This document shows positions 39,910 through 42,304 of a stretch of 42,304 nucleotides of DNA, piece after piece. A program made the position numbers and the translations under genes. The stretch is from IMG/VR virus record IMGVR_UViG_2734482773_000007; one strand, given 5' to 3'. Position 1 is the first letter of the stretch, and the number at the start of each line of letters is the position of its first letter. The notes beneath the pieces were generated by a model, which saw nothing but the letters and a program-made list of their open reading frames with translations, was not told the origin of the DNA and searched no databases. The stretch is from a virus (lineage: Duplodnaviria > Heunggongvirae > Uroviricota > Caudoviricetes).

Positions 39910-40481
39910 TGGCATTCAGAATGAGTGAACAATCACGAACCATCAAAATTTATAATCTGCTGGCCGGAACTAATGAATTTATTGGTGAGGGTGACGCATA
40001 TATTCCACCTCATACAGGTCTGCCAGCAAACAGTACCGATATTGCACCGCCAGATATTCCTGCAGGCTTTGTGGCTGTTTTCAACAGTGATGAGGCATCG
40101 TGGCATCTCGTTGAAGACCATCGGGGTAAAACCGTCTATGACGTGGCTTCCGGCGACGCGTTATTTATTTCTGAACTTGGCCCATTACCGGAAAATGTCA
40201 CCTGGTTGTCGCCGGATGGGGAGTTTCAGAAGTGGAACGGCACAGCTTGGGTGAAAGATGCAGAAGCAGAAAAACTCTTCCGGATCCGGGAGGCGGAAGA
40301 GAAAAAGACAAGATTAATCCAGGAAGCGACTGATAACATAACAATTCTGCAGGATGCCGTTAATTTTGAAATGGCAACTGATGAGGAAATCTCGATGCTA
40401 TCTTCCTGGAAAAAATACCGGGTATTAGTGAGTCGGATTGATATAAATACAGCCCCGGATATCGTATGGCCAGAGCTGTGA
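39909..40481 (+). CDS. tail fibre assembly protein (Tfa)
   Basis: 190 aa; typical Tfa features incl. C-terminal ...IVWPEL; directly after fibre gene. Confidence 0.7.
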   Translation: MAFRMSEQSRTIKIYNLLAGTNEFIGEGDAYIPPHTGLPANSTDIAPPDIPAGFVAVFNSDEASWHLVEDHRGKTVYDVASGDALFISELGPLPENVTWLSPDGEFQKWNGTAWVKDAEAEKLFRIREAEEKKTRLIQEATDNITILQDAVNFEMATDEEISMLSSWKKYRVLVSRIDINTAPDIVWPEL

Positions 40482-40491
40482 TTAAACGGAA

Positions 40492-41037
40492 TTATGTGTG
40501 AGATGAGTTATAAATAATTTCAGAGTGAAATTTAGTAATGAATGTGGAGTCATCAGGAATGTCATGCAGTACCAATGCATGAGCTCCTATTTTTACATTA
40601 TTCCCTATATGCACTTTGCCACCAAGGATGGTGGCGTTACAGCCAATGGTTACATTATTTCCTATGACAATATCCATATCATTAAATTCACCGCGAAGTC
40701 CAATAGTTACCCCTGGCTTAATTGAACAATTTTCACCTATTGTAACTTTGTGACCGATAACAACGCCATTGAGATAAGATATGTCGAACCCTTTACCAAT
40801 ATTTACAGTTAAGGGAACGGTTACATTGTATTTATCAAGAATGAAGCGTTCTATTTTTCCTGCAATCTTTCGCCGGTATCCTCCTTTATCAAAAAGATAT
40901 TTTGCTACGCGCCACCAAAATAAATAACGTAATCTTCTGTGTTTTATTGCGCGAACAATTGCTTTTCGCCAGGAGAAAGGGCGTTTATAACCTATTACTT
41001 CATAGTGTATACAGTTTTTAAGTTCACTAATATTCAT
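40492..41037 (-). CDS. hexapeptide-repeat acyltransferase (left-handed beta-helix; candidate lysogenic-conversion acetyltransferase)
   Basis: 181 aa; repeated [LIV]-G-x-x-x-x-I-G units (VVIGHKVTIGENCSIKPGVTIG ... IGNNVTIGCNATILGGKVHIGNNVKIG); AT-rich; convergent with Tfa, 10-bp gap. Confidence 0.7.
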   Translation of the reverse strand: MNISELKNCIHYEVIGYKRPFSWRKAIVRAIKHRRLRYLFWWRVAKYLFDKGGYRRKIAGKIERFILDKYNVTVPLTVNIGKGFDISYLNGVVIGHKVTIGENCSIKPGVTIGLRGEFNDMDIVIGNNVTIGCNATILGGKVHIGNNVKIGAHALVLHDIPDDSTFITKFHSEIIYNSSHT

Positions 41038-41121
41038 ATGTCTATTATTCAGTAAAGATAATTCTGTAACTTATTATTATATTAAGTTTAATGAGATTTT
41101 TCTACAGTTTACTGTCTTACT

Positions 41122-41250
41122 CTCACGCCGGAGCAATGGGCGCAGGCTGGACGACAAATTGCATCAGGAGTTTCTCGCCAGAAAATGGCGATCATCTATG
41201 ATGTTGGCGTATCGACTTTGTATAAGAAGTTTCCGGTCGGAGATGAATGA
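41122..41250 (+). pseudogene. 3' remnant of a serine DNA invertase (Pin/Gin/Hin family), C-terminal HTH only
   Basis: Hand translation LTPEQWAQAGRQIASGVSRQKMAIIYDVGVSTLYKKFPVGDE* matches my recollection of the Pin C-terminus; in-frame stop at 41092 and only 84 bp separate it from the acetyltransferase start, so the catalytic domain is absent. Confidence 0.6.
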
Positions 41251-41252
41251 AA

Positions 41253-41285
41253 CCGTGGCACGTCGTATGCAAGAACGTGCCACGG
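41253..41285. other. perfect 10-bp inverted repeat CCGTGGCACG-N13-CGTGCCACGG
   Basis: Read from sequence; lies right after the invertase-remnant stop and downstream of the minus-strand gene 41332..41979; possible terminator. Confidence 0.4.
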
Positions 41286-41331
41286 CTGGCTGATAAGCTT
41301 GTAAAAATCTTGAACAGGGAGTGGAGCATTT

Positions 41332-41979
41332 CTATGAAGCTAATTTGTTTAATTTCATTTGTAGCGACTTTACTTCTTGGTCGATAATGTTGAATCCCTT
41401 ATTGACTGCATCTCTTAGTTCTGCATCAATATTTTTTATCCCTTGAGCATAATCTACCATTACATCTATTTTTTCATCATGTAATCTCTTATACATGGTT
41501 TTATCTTTGTTATTGTCAGCCATACCAATAAGGATTTTTTCATAATCCTCAATGAGTTTGTTGTTTCCTTTAAATGATTGTATTAATGACCGTGAATATG
41601 TGTAGATATTAATTATTGAGTCTCTGGCAGAATCATTTAGTTTTGCAATGACATTCGCATTTTGCTCATAGAATGTGAAATTATCATCCCCTACAGGGAA
41701 AGTGAGAATTAACATCTGTCCGGGTTTGATATTATCAATGTGTGTTTTCATCCTTTTATTATATAAATTGATTAGGGTGAAAACTTCTCCCTTAACACCT
41801 TTTAATACTGAAAGTTGCAATTCAAGGGATTCTCTTTCTGTCTCTACTTTAGACAGCTTAGCTTGTTGGGTAACTCCTTTTAGGGTAAACCATCCGCCAA
41901 TAAGAGTACCAACTAGAGCTGTGAGGGAGGAGGATAACCATCCAGGAATGCTATTTAAAAAATTACTAAATTCACTCAT
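41332..41979 (-). CDS. AT-rich hypothetical protein with N-terminal transmembrane anchor
   Basis: 215 aa; N-terminal hydrophobic segment LSSSLTALVGTLIGGWFTL then coiled-coil-like region; strongly AT-rich. Confidence 0.5.
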   Translation of the reverse strand: MSEFSNFLNSIPGWLSSSLTALVGTLIGGWFTLKGVTQQAKLSKVETERESLELQLSVLKGVKGEVFTLINLYNKRMKTHIDNIKPGQMLILTFPVGDDNFTFYEQNANVIAKLNDSARDSIINIYTYSRSLIQSFKGNNKLIEDYEKILIGMADNNKDKTMYKRLHDEKIDVMVDYAQGIKNIDAELRDAVNKGFNIIDQEVKSLQMKLNKLAS

Positions 41980-42037
41980 TATAAGTACTCGCTAATATTG
42001 AACGATATATATATCAAATTATTATAAAACTCGTCAG

Positions 42038-42304
42038 CTACTGGAGAAGGCTACCTGAACTTCGATCTATTCCTGCATCCATATAGTTGATGGTCTTCTG
42101 GAGCTCTTCGATTAGGGCAACAGCTTTTGCTCGAGAAATGCATATTAGTTGATCCGGAAATTCTTGTAAGGGCCAGTTTGGTATACAGGCCATGTTATCA
42201 GTGAAGGATGCAGACAAGTAAACTTCATTGGTAACCAGAGAATAGCTTACCTCAAAATTGGTGAGTTCCGGCAAACTGCTAACGTTTGACTCTTTTCTGC
42301 GCAT
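42038..42304 (-). CDS. hypothetical protein (N-terminus at window edge; may extend beyond)
   Basis: 88-aa ORF whose ATG coincides with the last three bases of the window, so the true start may be upstream outside the window. Confidence 0.35.
   Translation of the reverse strand: MRRKESNVSSLPELTNFEVSYSLVTNEVYLSASFTDNMACIPNWPLQEFPDQLICISRAKAVALIEELQKTINYMDAGIDRSSGSLLQ

Noticed and set aside
41038-41250. Intact serine invertase gene
   Set aside because: Only the C-terminal HTH-like ~43 codons are present; an in-frame stop at 41092 and the adjacent acetyltransferase start leave no room for the catalytic domain.

Overview
Almost the whole window is one temperate prophage (about 0.3-42 kb) integrated next to the host ferredoxin gene yfhL (1..261, minus), in an Escherichia-like enterobacterial host. 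Read from the left: tyrosine integrase and AlpA/Xis-like gene; a leftward early operon with a replication/recombination module (SNF2 helicase, VRR-NUC nuclease, family-A DNA polymerase, DUF2815-like, DUF2800-like nuclease); a CI-like repressor and Cro-like regulator transcribed divergently; a PrimPol/VirE-like primase followed by an iteron cluster; a Q antiterminator; a lambda-type lysis cassette (holin, R endolysin, Rz with embedded Rz1); terminase small and large subunits, portal, head genes; and a Mu/P2-like contractile tail module ending in tail fibre and tail-fibre assembly genes. Superimposed on this backbone are several insertions that look like accessory cargo, each with its own terminator or distinct AT-rich composition. 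The most interesting are: (i) two unrelated-length proteins carrying TIR-like/ThsB-like domains with a shared R-x-N-V-x-x-E-x-G-M motif inside the early operon (3525..4442 and 5172..5933); (ii) a three-gene AT-rich island inside the tail module (34173..35771) with a secreted protein and an overlapping two-gene cassette whose second protein looks HEPN-like, closed by a textbook terminator; (iii) a hexapeptide acetyltransferase on the opposite strand beside a truncated Pin/Gin/Hin-type invertase remnant, where Mu/e14-type phages carry an invertible fibre segment. All domain assignments are from reading the translations and recalling family signatures; no database search was run.
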